This document shows positions 51,867 to 64,000 of a DNA stretch of 64,000 nt, piece by piece (positions within the stretch are counted from its first letter, which is position 1; each line of letters starts with the position of its first letter). The stretch is taken from assembly GCF_006345805.1 (NCBI RefSeq), contig NC_042999.1:7874001-7938000 (forward strand), written 5' to 3'. A program made the translations under genes and the position numbers. The notes under the pieces were generated by a model that worked only from the letters and a program-made list of their open reading frames with translations, made no database searches and had not been told where the DNA came from. Source of the stretch: Octopus sinensis. Taxonomy: Eukaryota.

Positions 51867-51916
<50 letters not shown>

Positions 51917-52312
51917 TATACCCCACCCACATATATATGCATTCATGCACATACACACGCACATACGTATGAGCTACTGATACTTATTTTTCTGACAAGT
52001 AAAATGTCCAAATTGATACTCAATAAAAAGTTAGTTGCCATAGAAACCATAAGAAAATCTGACTGTTTAAATAATTGCTCCAGGACTCTGTTTTGTAATG
52101 GTTTGCTTTGCTCTGTAGACTTGTACACATGCACTTAGCTATTAATTATTTACCTCTAACAGACAAATGGTTGAAACAAAAAAAAAAAAAAAAAAAACAA
52201 AGAAGAAACAAAAAAAACAAAATGAACACAATAAAAACAAAAAAAAACAGGGAAACATGACTACTGCAATAACAGAATGGCCTCTCTCTTTCTCTCTCTC
52301 TCACTGTAAACA

Positions 52313-52363
<51 letters not shown>

Positions 52364-52856
52364 GTGTGTGTATATATATATATATTATGTATATATTTAT
52401 AGACATACATTCATGTATATATAGATACGTATATATAACTCCCGTTCTCTCTATATATGTGTGTGTGTTTGTGTGCGCGAGTATATATATTATATATGTA
52501 TAAATACATATATGTATTTATAGATGAATGTATGTATGTATGTATGTATGTATCTATGTATAACTCATTAGAAACTGCGGTTGACTGTTATTCTTTGAAT
52601 GACAAAAAGAGAGATTACTGGAAGCAGAGATAAACAGAGAGAGAGAGAGAGAGAGAGAGATTAATGAAGAAAGGGAGAGAGAGAGAGAGAGAGGAAGGAA
52701 AAATCGTTTTTCCACTTCTGTTGTCATACATTGTGGTTGTTTATAATGTTGTACACGATAGAAGCTTGTGATTCTTGAAGTCTATCTCTTGAAGCATCTT
52801 TCAATTCTGGGAGGAAAACAAACATTCATTTCCCTCAACAGCTGATGTATACACAC

Positions 52857-52890
<34 letters not shown>

Positions 52891-53384
52891 CTATTAAAAG
52901 GGATGTAGCCTTTTTCTCTACAGAAAAAAACTCCATCAGGAATTGTGGCAGTATATTAAAAGAACCTTTATGGTTAAAATTATAAATATCTTATATGCAA
53001 GGGCTAAAGAAAGTTTTCTAAAGCCAATATACTGAAATCCACGTTAAATCTACTTGCTACAGAAAGTTGAACTGAAATGCAGGCAACTTTACCTTTGGAA
53101 CATTTAAATTTCGTTATCTTAATATTGAATCAATTTCGGAATCAACACCATAAGTGTTCGTTCGTCTTCTGTTAAGCTTACGAGAGAATATAAGTGAGAT
53201 ACTCACACGTGCCTCTGGAAAACAGCGGAAGCGAATAACACATATATACATATTTACACCAGTTTTGCATAACCAGCCCCAGCCCATTCAAAAGTACCTT
53301 GGATCATAGGGCAACATGCCATGCTTGAGGAGGTCTGTTGAATCAAGTACATCAAAATCAAAATGAAAATCAAATGAAAATTGT

Positions 53385-53714
53385 AGTTGCGTACCGGCGG
53401 TATGTAAAAAGCACTGTCCAAACCTGGTTGATGCCAGCGCCGCCTTGATTGGCTGCCGTGCTGATGGCACGTAAAAAGCACCAACCAATCGTGGCCGTTT
53501 GCCAGCCTCTCTTGGACCCTTGTGTCAGTGGCACATAAAATGCACCCACCACACTCATGGAGTGGTTGGCATGAGGAAGGGCATCCAGCTTTAGAAACAC
53601 TGCCAGATCAGACTGGAGCCTGGCGCAGCCTACTGGCTCCCTGACCCCAGTCGAACCGTCCAACCCATGCTAGCATGGAAAACGGACGTTAAACAATAAT
53701 GATGATGATGATGA
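53385..53714 (+). mobile_element. Repeat family C
   Basis: Internal units, core and (GAT)n tail. Confidence 0.85.
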
Positions 53715-53940
53715 TACATATATACATATATGTACACACACAGATACATACATACACATGTATATATAACACCCGTTATAATATTGTTTTCTACATAGTC
53801 TTCAGTACCATTGATATCTTTTACTTGTTTCAGTCTCATTAGACTGTGGCCATGCTGGAGCACCACCTCGAAAAATTTTCATTTCAATTGAATGGATCAT
53901 TATCATCATTATCATTATATTATTATTATTATCATTATTA

Positions 53941-53989
<49 letters not shown>

Positions 53990-53990
<1 letters not shown>

Positions 53991-54438
53991 GTCATTTACT
54001 TTTAATCTGCATGTTTGATGCAATCACCTGCCGGGGCACACCCAGCGCCCTAGGGCAAGTGAAGGTTAAGAGTTGTTGAAATATAGCTGAAAGCTTGGGG
54101 AGGGGAAGTAGAGATATATCTCCATGTAATGCAAACACAAACATTTACATTGATAGGGTTTTTCTAAGGATGTGGGCAGTACTTGTTAGCACAATCTTTT
54201 GGATTTCCTTGAGACATAGTTCTCCAGGGATATTGTCTAGGTGTTTCTGACATCCCTTTTTTATCATACCTAGGGCACCTACAATAACAGGAACAGTTTT
54301 TGTTTTAAGATTCCACATCTTTTGTATTTCGATTTCCAGGTCCTTATATTTACTAAGTTTGTCAAATTCCTTTACAGATATATTTTTATCAGTGGGGACG
54401 CTTACCTCTATTAGTCTGCAGGTATTTTCTTCCCTGTC

Positions 54439-54440
<2 letters not shown>
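53990..54440 (-). mobile_element. R4/Dong-clade 3' fragment with open RLE C-terminus
   Basis: TCRLIEVSVPTDKNISVKEFDKLSKYKDLEIEIQKMWNLKTKTVPVIVGALG...QKIVLTSTAHILRKTLSM*, with (AAT)n on both sides. Confidence 0.85.
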
Positions 54441-54473
<33 letters not shown>

Positions 54474-54483
54474 TATTATTATT

Positions 54484-55042
54484 GAGTGAGAGAGAGCAGT
54501 GCATGCAATCAAAGTGACACTGGGGTAAAATAAATGAAGCCCAGTATACCCATCATGACTACCGTGTGATAAGGGTACACTAGGCACATGCATCACTACC
54601 ATATATGCATGACATGGTGATCTCATATCAAGATAAACAGCACATGACCTTGCAGGTGGGGCCCAGTTAGAATTTTCTTCTGGTCGAGTAACTCATCCCA
54701 CTCAAAAGGTCCCTGAATAAGGGTTGTTTAAGAATGTTGAATGAAACACCCATGTTTCCAGAGGTAAATTATTCAAACCCCAAAGAATCCCTCTCAACAC
54801 ATGGCTATGATGCTCCCCCACTACTTCTGCTCGTGATCAGAGATGCACATATCGTCAGCCACTAAGGGACATGCTCAACTGGTTAAGGTCAAACAACTGA
54901 CAAGCAAATCTGTGGTATTGAGCAGAATATTTGCTGCAGCCCATCTTTTATACCAAGACAAAACAATGTACATGATAACACTTCCAATCAGTTAAGATCA
55001 GAAGCCACAAGAGCCACTACCTGGTACTGCATCAGGGCATTT
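54484..55042 (-). mobile_element. Family G element, second full-length copy
   Basis: Reverse-complement match to 15016-15573, flanked by (AAT)n tracts. Confidence 0.75.
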
Positions 55043-55069
55043 ATGATTATTATTATTATTATTATTATT

Positions 55070-55525
55070 CAGTAGTTTTATTTTTATAACATGCTTTCAC
55101 TTCACTACCGAGCACAGCTCTGTGTGCCTTGGGTATGTGCTGTGATTTGTTGTGATGTTCTTATTTTTACTGTATTGAAAGCGTTTTATGTAGGATGTGT
55201 GTGGTGTCTAGGAGAGCTATTTTCTAATACATATATTTGGTATGTATTTGTCTGACTATTTTTTTTATCATACCTAATGCACCTTTTATGATAGGAATTG
55301 CTTCTGTTTTTAGGATCCACATTCAAGTTATATTTGTTTCCAGGTCTTTGTATTTTGAAAGTTTCTTCATTTCTTTTAGAGAAACATTGTCATCTGATGG
55401 TATATCAATATCACCATCGATTAGAAAACATATTCTTCATGATCTCTGACAACTATATCTGGCCTATTGGCCTTAATTTCTCTATCTGTGTGTTTTGGTA
55501 TATCCCAAAGTATGGTTGCTTATTG
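55070..55525 (-). mobile_element. R4/Dong-clade 3' fragment (same subfamily as 29269-29580)
   Basis: TILWDIP.HTDREIKANRPDIVVRD...KLSKYKDLE includes the PD catalytic motif. The 3' UTR shares CAGCACATACCCAAGGCACACAG with the 29.5 kb copy. (AAT)n on both sides. Confidence 0.8.
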
Positions 55526-55529
55526 TTGC

Positions 55530-55589
<60 letters not shown>

Positions 55590-55820
55590 GGCGAGCTGGC
55601 AGAACCGTTACCATGCCGGGCGAAATGCTTAGCGGTATTTCGTCTGCCATTATGTTCTGAGTTCAAATTCCGCCGAGGTCGACTTTGCCTTTCATCCTTT
55701 CGGGGTCGATAAATTAAGTACCAATTACACACTGGGGGTTGATGTAATCAACTTAATCCGTTTGTCTGTCCTTGTTTGTCCCCACTATGTTTAGCCCCTT
55801 GTTGGTAGTAAAGAAATAAA
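55590..55820 (+). mobile_element. SINE family B
   Basis: Full-length copy directly after an (ATT)n tract. Confidence 0.9.
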
Positions 55821-56076
55821 TTATTATTATTATTATCATTATTATTGTTATTAAAAACTGAACCTTCTTGAGGCATTACTCTGAGTATCATGTTGCCACT
55901 TGTTGAAACAGTTGGTGACGGGAAGTAGTGCGACAATATATAAGCAAAAATATTTATAAGTACACCAAAACTATGATTAGTCATCAAGATTTGATTGGTT
56001 TCCCTCCAAACAAACAAAAACAATTTTTATAAATGTGTCACACATTCACAGGGGAACCGTGTGCGTGCTTGTATGC

Positions 56077-56135
<59 letters not shown>

Positions 56136-56519
56136 AGAGTGTTTGCACTAAACAGCAGCCTTGTTTATAATTCCACCTCAGTATAGAAGATGACTCACAT
56201 GTTGCTTCCATGGCTGCTGCTGCTGCTGACAGTGAGGCAGCTGTTGCTGATGTAGCTATTGTTCTTTTGTTATTAGTGATGCTACTGTTGCTACTACTAC
56301 TACTACAGCTTCTGTCAATGCGTTTGATACTGTGGTAGCTTCATTGTTGCAGTTCTTGTTGTTGTTGTTGTTGTTGCCATGGTTATTTGTTGTATACATC
56401 AGAGTTTGTATTCAAAAGGCATTGTTGCATTGTTCTCAGATACCACCCACCCACCCACGACTACCACCTCCACCACCTCCACCATCTTTGCCATCACCAG
56501 TTGTTATGCCATCGCCATA

Positions 56520-56540
56520 ACAACTACTGCAACAATGCAA

Positions 56541-56611
<71 letters not shown>

Positions 56612-56800
56612 ACTACTACTACTACTACTACTGCTACTGCTGCTACTACTACTGCTACTACTACTACTACTACTACTGCTACTGCTGCTGCTGCTGCTGC
56701 TGCTGCCGCCGCCACCACCACCACCGCTACTACTACTACTACTACTACAACTACTACTACTACTGCTACTACTACTGCTACTACTACTACTACTACTACA

Positions 56801-56833
<33 letters not shown>

Positions 56834-56969
56834 ACTGCTACCGCCACCACCATCACCACTACTACTACTGTTGCTACCAACACCACCACCACCACTATCA
56901 CCACCACCAACATTACTACTACTGCTGCTGCTGCTACTACTACTACTACTACTACTACTACTGCTGCTG

Positions 56970-57017
<48 letters not shown>

Positions 57018-57050
57018 ATAATAATAATAATAATAATAATAATGATAACA
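56520..57050. repeat. In-register (ACT)n/(GCT)n/(ACC)n/(AAT)n trinucleotide mosaic
   Basis: Directly visible. The repeat unit switches without long frame-breaking interruptions. Confidence 0.9.
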
Positions 57051-58173
57051 GTGACAGCATGAGCAGCAGAGATGAGATATCGTATTTAGTTTTGCTGAGA
57101 GACTGCAAAGCATTGATGGATGTGGTTACAGACATCTCATCTGTGGGTAATTGTATTAGACTCAATTGCGGTTAGTCGGCAACAACAACAGCAACAACAA
57201 CAACAACATCATCATTTGACAACATTGAAAATTAAACAAAGAAAATATTTGAAAAAAAAAAGTACAGAAAATAATCTGTTGGAAATAGCAACTAAATCAC
57301 TCCTAAATCACATCCTACAAGCTTAAAAAGATAGGATAGTATGTAGTCCTAGGTAGACAATGCCCGAATAAAATACATCATGATCAGAGATGGAATGGTC
57401 TTGAGCATAGCTTAGTCCTGAAAAGGACTGACCTAGGGTTAAGAAAAAGCATAATCAAACAGTAACCTTCATTTGGTCAAATTTGTCTTGGAATCAAATC
57501 TGCTAGAAACCAAACAAAGAAGCTTCTACATGGATATGAAGGTTGCTAGAAATAACAACCAAATCTTCTTCAAATGTTACCTTAGTGTGTTAACTGTGGA
57601 GAGGACACATTAGATAAAGCAATCATAGATGTCCCTAAAGTGTTAGGTTGGTCATGGTTGGAATGCTTTGCCTCCACAAAAGAGTCACATGGTCAATAGC
57701 TATCAATAGGAAAAAAATGTGAAATAATGCTTTTAGTCTGCTTGTTGCACCTCTGTTGCCAAATCAACACATTGAAGGATTATCGATTTCTTTACAAAAG
57801 TCACAAGGTTAATGTTTTTTGTTTTTTTATTTGTTATTTAAGAATGGATTGTAATCAATTGAGCCGCTAATATCAGTTGAGCTTACCTCAGCAGTTTAAT
57901 AGCATTTATTTTATTGATCTACGAGGGATGAGGAAATTCGCTGGAATTTGAGCTAAAAATGTAGAATTGCTTTTAGTAAGGGCCTACTTTAACAAGAGCT
58001 ATTGATTTTTATTTATATATTTTTTTTCTCTATAAGTACAAGACAATATTTGGTTAAACCAATTCCATTAGTTGCCTGGTATTTATTTTGTCATTCCTTG
58101 AAGGGATGGAAAATAAATTTCAACTTGCAAAAGTGAACTTGCTATCACTGTTCTTCCGTTTTTTTCAATGCTT

Positions 58174-58696
58174 TACTGGCACCTGTGCCGGTGGCATGTG
58201 TAAAAAGATTCGAGCGAGGTCATTGCCAGTACTGCCTGACTGGCCCCCATGCCGTGGCACGTAAAAGGGCACCATTCAAGCGTGATCATTACTAACATTG
58301 CCGTACTGGCACCTGTGCCGGTGGCATGTGTAAAAAGATTCGAACGAGGTCATTGCCAGTACCGCCTGACTGGCCCCCGTGAAGGTGGCACGTAAAAGGG
58401 CACCATTCAAGCGTGATCATTACTAACGTTGCCTTACTGGCACCTGTGCCGGCGACATGTGTAAAAAGATTCGAGCGAGGTCGTTGCCAGTACCGCCTGA
58501 CTGGCCCCCATGCCGGTGGCACATAAAAAGCACCCACTACACTCTCGGAGTGGTTGGCGTTAGGAAGGGCATCCAGCTGTAGAAACTCTGCCAGATCAAG
58601 GTTGGAGCCTGGTGCAGCCATCTGGTTCGCCAGCCCTCAGTCAAAATCGTCCAGCCCATGCTAGCATGGAAAGCGGACGTTAAATGATGATGATGA
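58174..58696 (+). mobile_element. Repeat family C with ~130-bp internal tandem repeat (about 2.7 copies)
   Basis: TACTGGCACCTGTGCC at 58174, 58304 and 58435. Confidence 0.9.
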
Positions 58697-58859
58697 ATGT
58701 GCTGGCCAGTCCAGAAATTGAACCTGTGACCTATCAGTTGTAAACCACTAGGCCATATGCCTTCACACACACACACACACAGGTGCGTGCACACATACAC
58801 ACATTGCTTTCGTAAATAGTGGTACATTTTTTTTCAAAGAAACCTCCTAACTGTTTTAG

Positions 58860-58905
58860 TGAAATATGTTCAACAAGCCGATAATTGGATGCAGGACAAG
58901 ATAAA
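58860..58905 (+). CDS. Candidate 46-nt internal micro-exon (xKYVQQADNWMQDKIx)
   Basis: CTAAC branch-like motif plus TGTTTTAG acceptor, AA|GTATGT donor, only one open frame (phase 1 in, phase 2 out). No homology recognised. Confidence 0.3.
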
Positions 58906-59503
58906 GTATGTCATCCTCTCAGATTTTGCGTTGTATTGTATGTTGTATCGTTTGGAGTCAAGTAGAGTTGGAAGTGGTTAGGTTCCAGCCATCAGTAATC
59001 AATTCTGTCGGGAACTTCATGTAAGGAAGTTCTTCTACAATTCTTCGTATTGATCTTCCTCTTTCTCTCTGCCGTTCTTTTGACACCGGTGACTCTTAGA
59101 CCTTGATTATCTCCCCAACATGAATAAAATACAAAAAACAAAAACAAATAGTTTAAATCCAATCTGATTCGTACCAACACAGAGGCTCATTAATTTTCCT
59201 GCCAGTTCTACAGAATATTTTCTTTCTTTCTTTCTTTCTTCAATATGCTTCCTTTCTTACCTATGTGAACAATCGATTCTGTCTTACCGTTCTTTGTGTC
59301 TAAGGACAGCTTCTGTAACTATTTTATAAGGTTTCCAAGGCAAAAAAAAAATATTTGCAAGAAACCGCAACTCAAGTTTGCAGCAGTAGGAAGCAGCACA
59401 TGAAGATATATAGTTATCAATAACTGGGACATTCCTTAATTTTCCAATGATGGAACTGGTAGCTACAGATAGCCTTTATTAATACATGCATACATACATA
59501 CAA

Positions 59504-59536
<33 letters not shown>

Positions 59537-60101
59537 AGTTATAAGAGAGTTACCACTATGTGGATAGCTCTAGTGCTAAAAATAGCTCCGTTACTAGTAT
59601 AGCCACAGAAAGATGTTTCCAAGAAGAAATAACATTACATCTAACGGAAGGAAAGTGAAATATAACGAAAAAATAGATTGACCCTGAACAATTGTTTCAT
59701 TACTAATGTAATATGTAATTTTACTTACATAGACATCTATAAATATATAAATTTATAAATTTATAAATTTATATATATATATAAAATACAAAATGGAACA
59801 AGAATGCAAAACATCAGACAACTAGGTAATACAAAAAGGGACAACAAAACATCCAGATAGACAATACAAAAAAAAAGCAAGGACGGGTTGTTCGAGCTTT
59901 TTATCCTCAGTCAAGAACCGGATCATCCTCGCAATTTCGGCTGATTAATCTTGAGATTGCTCCAATCTGGCCAGCCCCAAGAAAAACTAAGCTAAGAGCA
60001 TTAGATTCCTTGGAAGAAAGCATCGAATGTATACGAAAACAAGGACGGAAAAGCAGACGATGTTACACAAATATAAATACAAAATACAATAAAAAAAAAA
60101 A

Positions 60102-60135
<34 letters not shown>

Positions 60136-61375
60136 GGACATAACAACAGGTGTCTTTCGACTGGGAACGAATTGAATTCAGCTGGCATGTGTGGAAATGA
60201 AACCTTATGGCAGAGATACAAAACTTTCACAAACACAGAGAAGAATATTGATGTTGCACTGACCATGGTCAGTCCCAAAAGTGAGCTAGCAGTCTGGCCT
60301 ATCGGTCACCTCAGAAGAGAAGAGAGAGAAAAAGAGGAACAAAAGAATTAAGGAGGGGAAAGAGAAGAGAGAGAGTTGTAGAAGCAGATGGACATAAGAA
60401 TTAAGGAGGGTTGAGAAAAAATGACAGGGAAGAGGAGAAACAAGTGTGTTGAAAGTGCCTGGGTGGAGCCAGCACAATACCAGCCAAGTGTGAGAAGCAG
60501 TGGCCATTCTAGTAGTAGTGGAAAAGATAAAGAGAGGACACAGCGTTTTTGTAGACCAGGGACCAAAGTGTGTTTGCAAATGGGTTTTTCGTGTTATTTA
60601 GTTGGTCAATGATATGCCTTGTGTGCAGCAGCTGCAACACCATCTCAGATGGGTGCGTAATGCTTCCTTGTAGACCTCATCTGAATTATTTAGTTAAGTG
60701 GATAAATAAAATATAGATAAGATATTGAAGCAGGGAATGGAGTGATTGACTAGATGACGAGTTAGCTAAATAAGGAGACGGGAAGAAAATGTGGCTGGTT
60801 AAATGGTTCTATTGATCGATAATATTTGGTAAATAGATTGGTAGGAAGAAGATTAAACAGAAAAAAAGTCATGTGAGAGAGAGGAAGAGAGAGGGGACAG
60901 ACAGAAAGATTAAACAAAATGAAGGAGAGAGAGAGAGAGAGACAGAGAGAGAGAGGGTGGGTGAGAAAGAGACAAGACAGTCAGGAAGATTTTATTAAAC
61001 ATCTTTCAAAAAAATAGTTAAAAAGCTCCAAATAAAACGTTCTTTCAAGTGAAACATTTTCCTGTGAAATACTACAGATGTGATGGCTATAAATATATTT
61101 CTAATCTTTTGTAAGTAAAAAACCTGTTACGTTTTTTTCCCTTTAAGATGTATTTTAATGATCAAAACTGTTCGCTGCACCTACGCACTCTCTATCCCTC
61201 CATGCTCTTTCTTTCCCTATTTTCCACATCCACCCCACCCCTCCTTCCCCACCCAGCTATCTTCTTTCTCGCTCTTCTTTTCTTTCCACCTCATCTTCTT
61301 CCTTCCTTCTTCTCTTTATTTTGCTCTCTCTCTCTCTCTCTAGCTCTTTCTTTTACATCATTCCTAAGCTTCTTC

Positions 61376-61421
<46 letters not shown>

Positions 61422-61566
61422 GTATATCATCATCATCATTCCCATCATTATTAATGCCATCATTATTGTTATCCAGCATCTGCCATCCATGCACAAGTTA
61501 AATAAGATACCATATATAGATATAGAAATATATGCATGTATGTATCTACATATGTATATATGCGTA

Positions 61567-61597
<31 letters not shown>

Positions 61598-61598
<1 letters not shown>

Positions 61599-61808
61599 AA
61601 GTTAATCCAAACAAGAAAGCACAAAAAAACACAATGTGAGGACGTGGAACAAATATAGTATTATTGGACGCTCAGGAAAGAAGGAAAGAAGGAGGGTTTA
61701 ACGTTTCGAGCAGAGGGTTTAACGTTTCGGAAACATAGGAGAAGGAAAGATCCAGAGAAGGGAAGACAGAGGAAAAAAAATCGCCAACGGTACACACGAG
61801 GTCACACA
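61598..61808 (-). mobile_element. Related (TA)n-embedded short element with an internal duplication over the ribozyme-like segment
   Basis: GAGGGTTTAACGTTTCG occurs twice (61695-61730). Minus strand reads GCTCGAAACGTT. TA-rich flanks. Confidence 0.4.
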
Positions 61809-61859
61809 GATATATGTATGTAGATATAATATATATACACACACTTGCATAGAGCTCTA

Positions 61860-62027
61860 AGTCCACTCTGCTGGGCGGCTGGTGTTAGGAAGTGCATCCA
61901 GCTGTAGAAACACTGCCAGATCAGACTGGGGCCTGGTGCAGCCTCCTGGCTTCCCAGACCCCGGTCGAACCGTCCAACCCATGCTAGCATGGATAACGGA
62001 CGTTAAACGATGATGATGATGATGATG
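61860..62027 (+). mobile_element. Repeat family C, 3' part
   Basis: Core and (GAT)n tail. Confidence 0.85.
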
Positions 62028-62599
62028 ATATATATATATATATATATATATATCTGCATCCGATTGATTTCTTTTATTCCTCGAATTTTCCCAGCCCACC
62101 CTTCAACTCATATTTTCACTGACCAAAGCTGGACCTCTCACTCCAGTGTCATAAATTATGACTATAATAGACTCACTAGTTAACTTTTATGATTGGTTAA
62201 GATTCTTCAGTTGTTGTTGGTTACTGGTAGCTGTCTCTTTCATAGTCATGCTTCAATGGTCAGCTGTCTTTTCTAGTTTATATTTCCACTTCAGTTGTTA
62301 CACAACAATGGAAAAACAAAAAAACATTACTTCCATTCTTACTCTCAGTAAGAGCCATTATCATTTCCCTTTCATCTTTTACTTGATTCAGTCATTAGAC
62401 TGTGGCCATGCTGGGGCACCACCTTGAATTAGTTTAGTTAAATGAATTGACTCCAGATCTTTTTTTTTTTTTGAAAACCTGGTACCTACTCTATAAGCAG
62501 GGCCAGGTTTCCATGGGGTAGAAGTGATTAACATCACCATAAAAACCCCTGAATGGGACATCAGTTTGTTTCAGGTTTTAAGGCTAGCAATTTTGAGTG

Positions 62600-62946
62600 T
62601 ACTCCCTGGATGGCTCCCACATTGGTGGCACATAAAAAGCACCATCTGAACGTAGCCAATACCAGTACCCCTTGACTAGCTCCCATGTCGGTGGCACGTA
62701 AAATCACCATCTGAATGTTGCCAATGCCAGTACCCCTTGGCTGGCTCCCATGCTGGTGGCACATAAAAAGCACCCACTGCACTCTCAGTGTGGTTGGCAT
62801 TAGAAAGAGCATCCAGCTGTAGAAACACTGCCCGACCAGACTGGAGCCTGGTGCAGCTGCTGGCTCTCCAGCCCTCAGTCAAACCGTCCAACCCATGCCA
62901 GCATGGAAAACGGACATTAACCGATGATGATGATGATGATGATGAT
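62600..62946 (+). mobile_element. Repeat family C with internal units
   Basis: Three GTGGCAC(A/G)TAAAA units, core and (GAT)n tail. Confidence 0.85.
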
Positions 62947-63135
62947 CATGGCAGCATCAATATTCTGTATGGACACTAAAATACTTTTCTTATAGAATGA
63001 GAATAACAAAAGAAAACGGGAAATGAGGAAAGCTTCCAACAATGCAGAGATCAAAGCTGTAAAACCTTTACACGACTGCCCATCCAGCTATCCAAGAAAC
63101 AGGGTCTAATTAAACACACATTCCTTTGACAGCAG

Positions 63136-63175
63136 CCTTCTGATGATGGGGCTTTATTCCTAAAATATATAAAGG
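63136..63175 (+). ncRNA. Degenerate minimal hammerhead-like motif
   Basis: CCTT CTGATGA TGGGG CTTTATT CCT AAAA TATAT A AAGG: stem I CCTT/AAGG, palindromic ATATAT stem III, and the expected CGAAA read as TAAAA. Confidence 0.45.
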
Positions 63176-63257
63176 ATTTTCGACTTTCATCTCTGCCTTG
63201 TTGAAAGCTTTTCTCATTTCACCTTTCCTTTATTATTCCTTTTCTGTTACAAGAGTA

Positions 63258-63450
63258 GGCGCAGGAGTGGCTGTGTGGTAAGTACCTTGCTTACCAACCA
63301 CATTGTTACGGGTTCAGTCCCACTGCCATGGCACCTTAGGCAAGTGTCTTCTACTATAGTCTTGAGCCAACCAAAGCCTTGTAAGTGGATTTGGTAGACA
63401 GAAACTGAAAGGAGCCTGTCATATATATATATATATATATATACATACAC

Positions 63451-63506
<56 letters not shown>

Positions 63507-63738
63507 GTATTTGTGTATATGTTTGTGTGTGTGTGTTTGTCCCCCCAACATTACTTGACAACCGATGCTGGTGTGTTTACATCCCTGTAACTTAGTGGTT
63601 CGGCAAAAAGAGACCGATAGAATACGTTCTAGGCTTACAAAGAATAAGTACTGGGGTCAATTCGCTTGACTAAAGGTGGTGCTCCAGCATGGCCACAGTC
63701 AAATGACTTGAAACAAGTAAAAAGACAAAGAATAAAAA
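63258..63738 (+). mobile_element. SINE family A
   Basis: Full-length copy with internal (TA)n/(TG)n. Confidence 0.9.
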
Positions 63739-64000
63739 GTGTATTTCAGTGTCCCTGCAGAATATTGATGCAACAGCATTTCATCCATTTTTATGTTTTG
63801 AGGTCAAAGGCCACCGAGGTCAACTTGACTTTTGATTCTTTTGGGGTCAATGAGCACTAATGTCGATGTAATCAACTTACCTGCTTTCCCAAAATTTCTG
63901 GCCTTGTGCCAAAAATTTGAAACCAAAGTTTCATCGCATTCCCTTCAAATAAGGGCTTGTAATCAAGCTGTTTCATTAACCCTTTTGATACCAACCTGCC

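Noticed and set aside
58174-58530. CRISPR-like regular repeats
   Set aside because: Contiguous tandem units of a eukaryotic repeat without unique spacers.
59880-59915. CTGAGGA...CTCGAAC motif in a repeat-like segment (59760-60100)
   Set aside because: No stem II and GAAC in place of GAAA.

Overview
AT-rich, microsatellite-saturated eukaryotic DNA. The repeat families and (TA)n/(CA)n/(AAT)n density fit an octopus (coleoid cephalopod) genome; this is inference, not verified. Most of the window is intronic or intergenic: five SINE-like families (labelled A-E here), a 5S-rRNA-headed SINE, short remnants of CR1-like, RTE, R4/Dong-like, Penelope-like and mariner elements, two 393-bp Helitron-like copies, several foldback/MITE elements and many simple repeats. 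Almost all ORFs in the supplied track are translations of microsatellites or SINEs. The only convincing host-gene signal is a plus-strand exon (26021-26138) encoding a signal-peptide-like N-terminus; the rest of that gene could not be assembled. Most interesting: (1) several short non-coding elements carrying type I hammerhead-ribozyme-like motifs (one with an intact core, two inside long inverted arms), plus a Penelope GIY-YIG remnant elsewhere in the window; (2) a 5S-derived SINE whose tail has 36 nt identical to the 3' end of a CR1-like LINE in the window; (3) R4/Dong fragments and a 558-bp ORF-less element that all sit at (AAT)n tracts. All alignments and folds were done by eye and no database was searched, so novelty is unverified.
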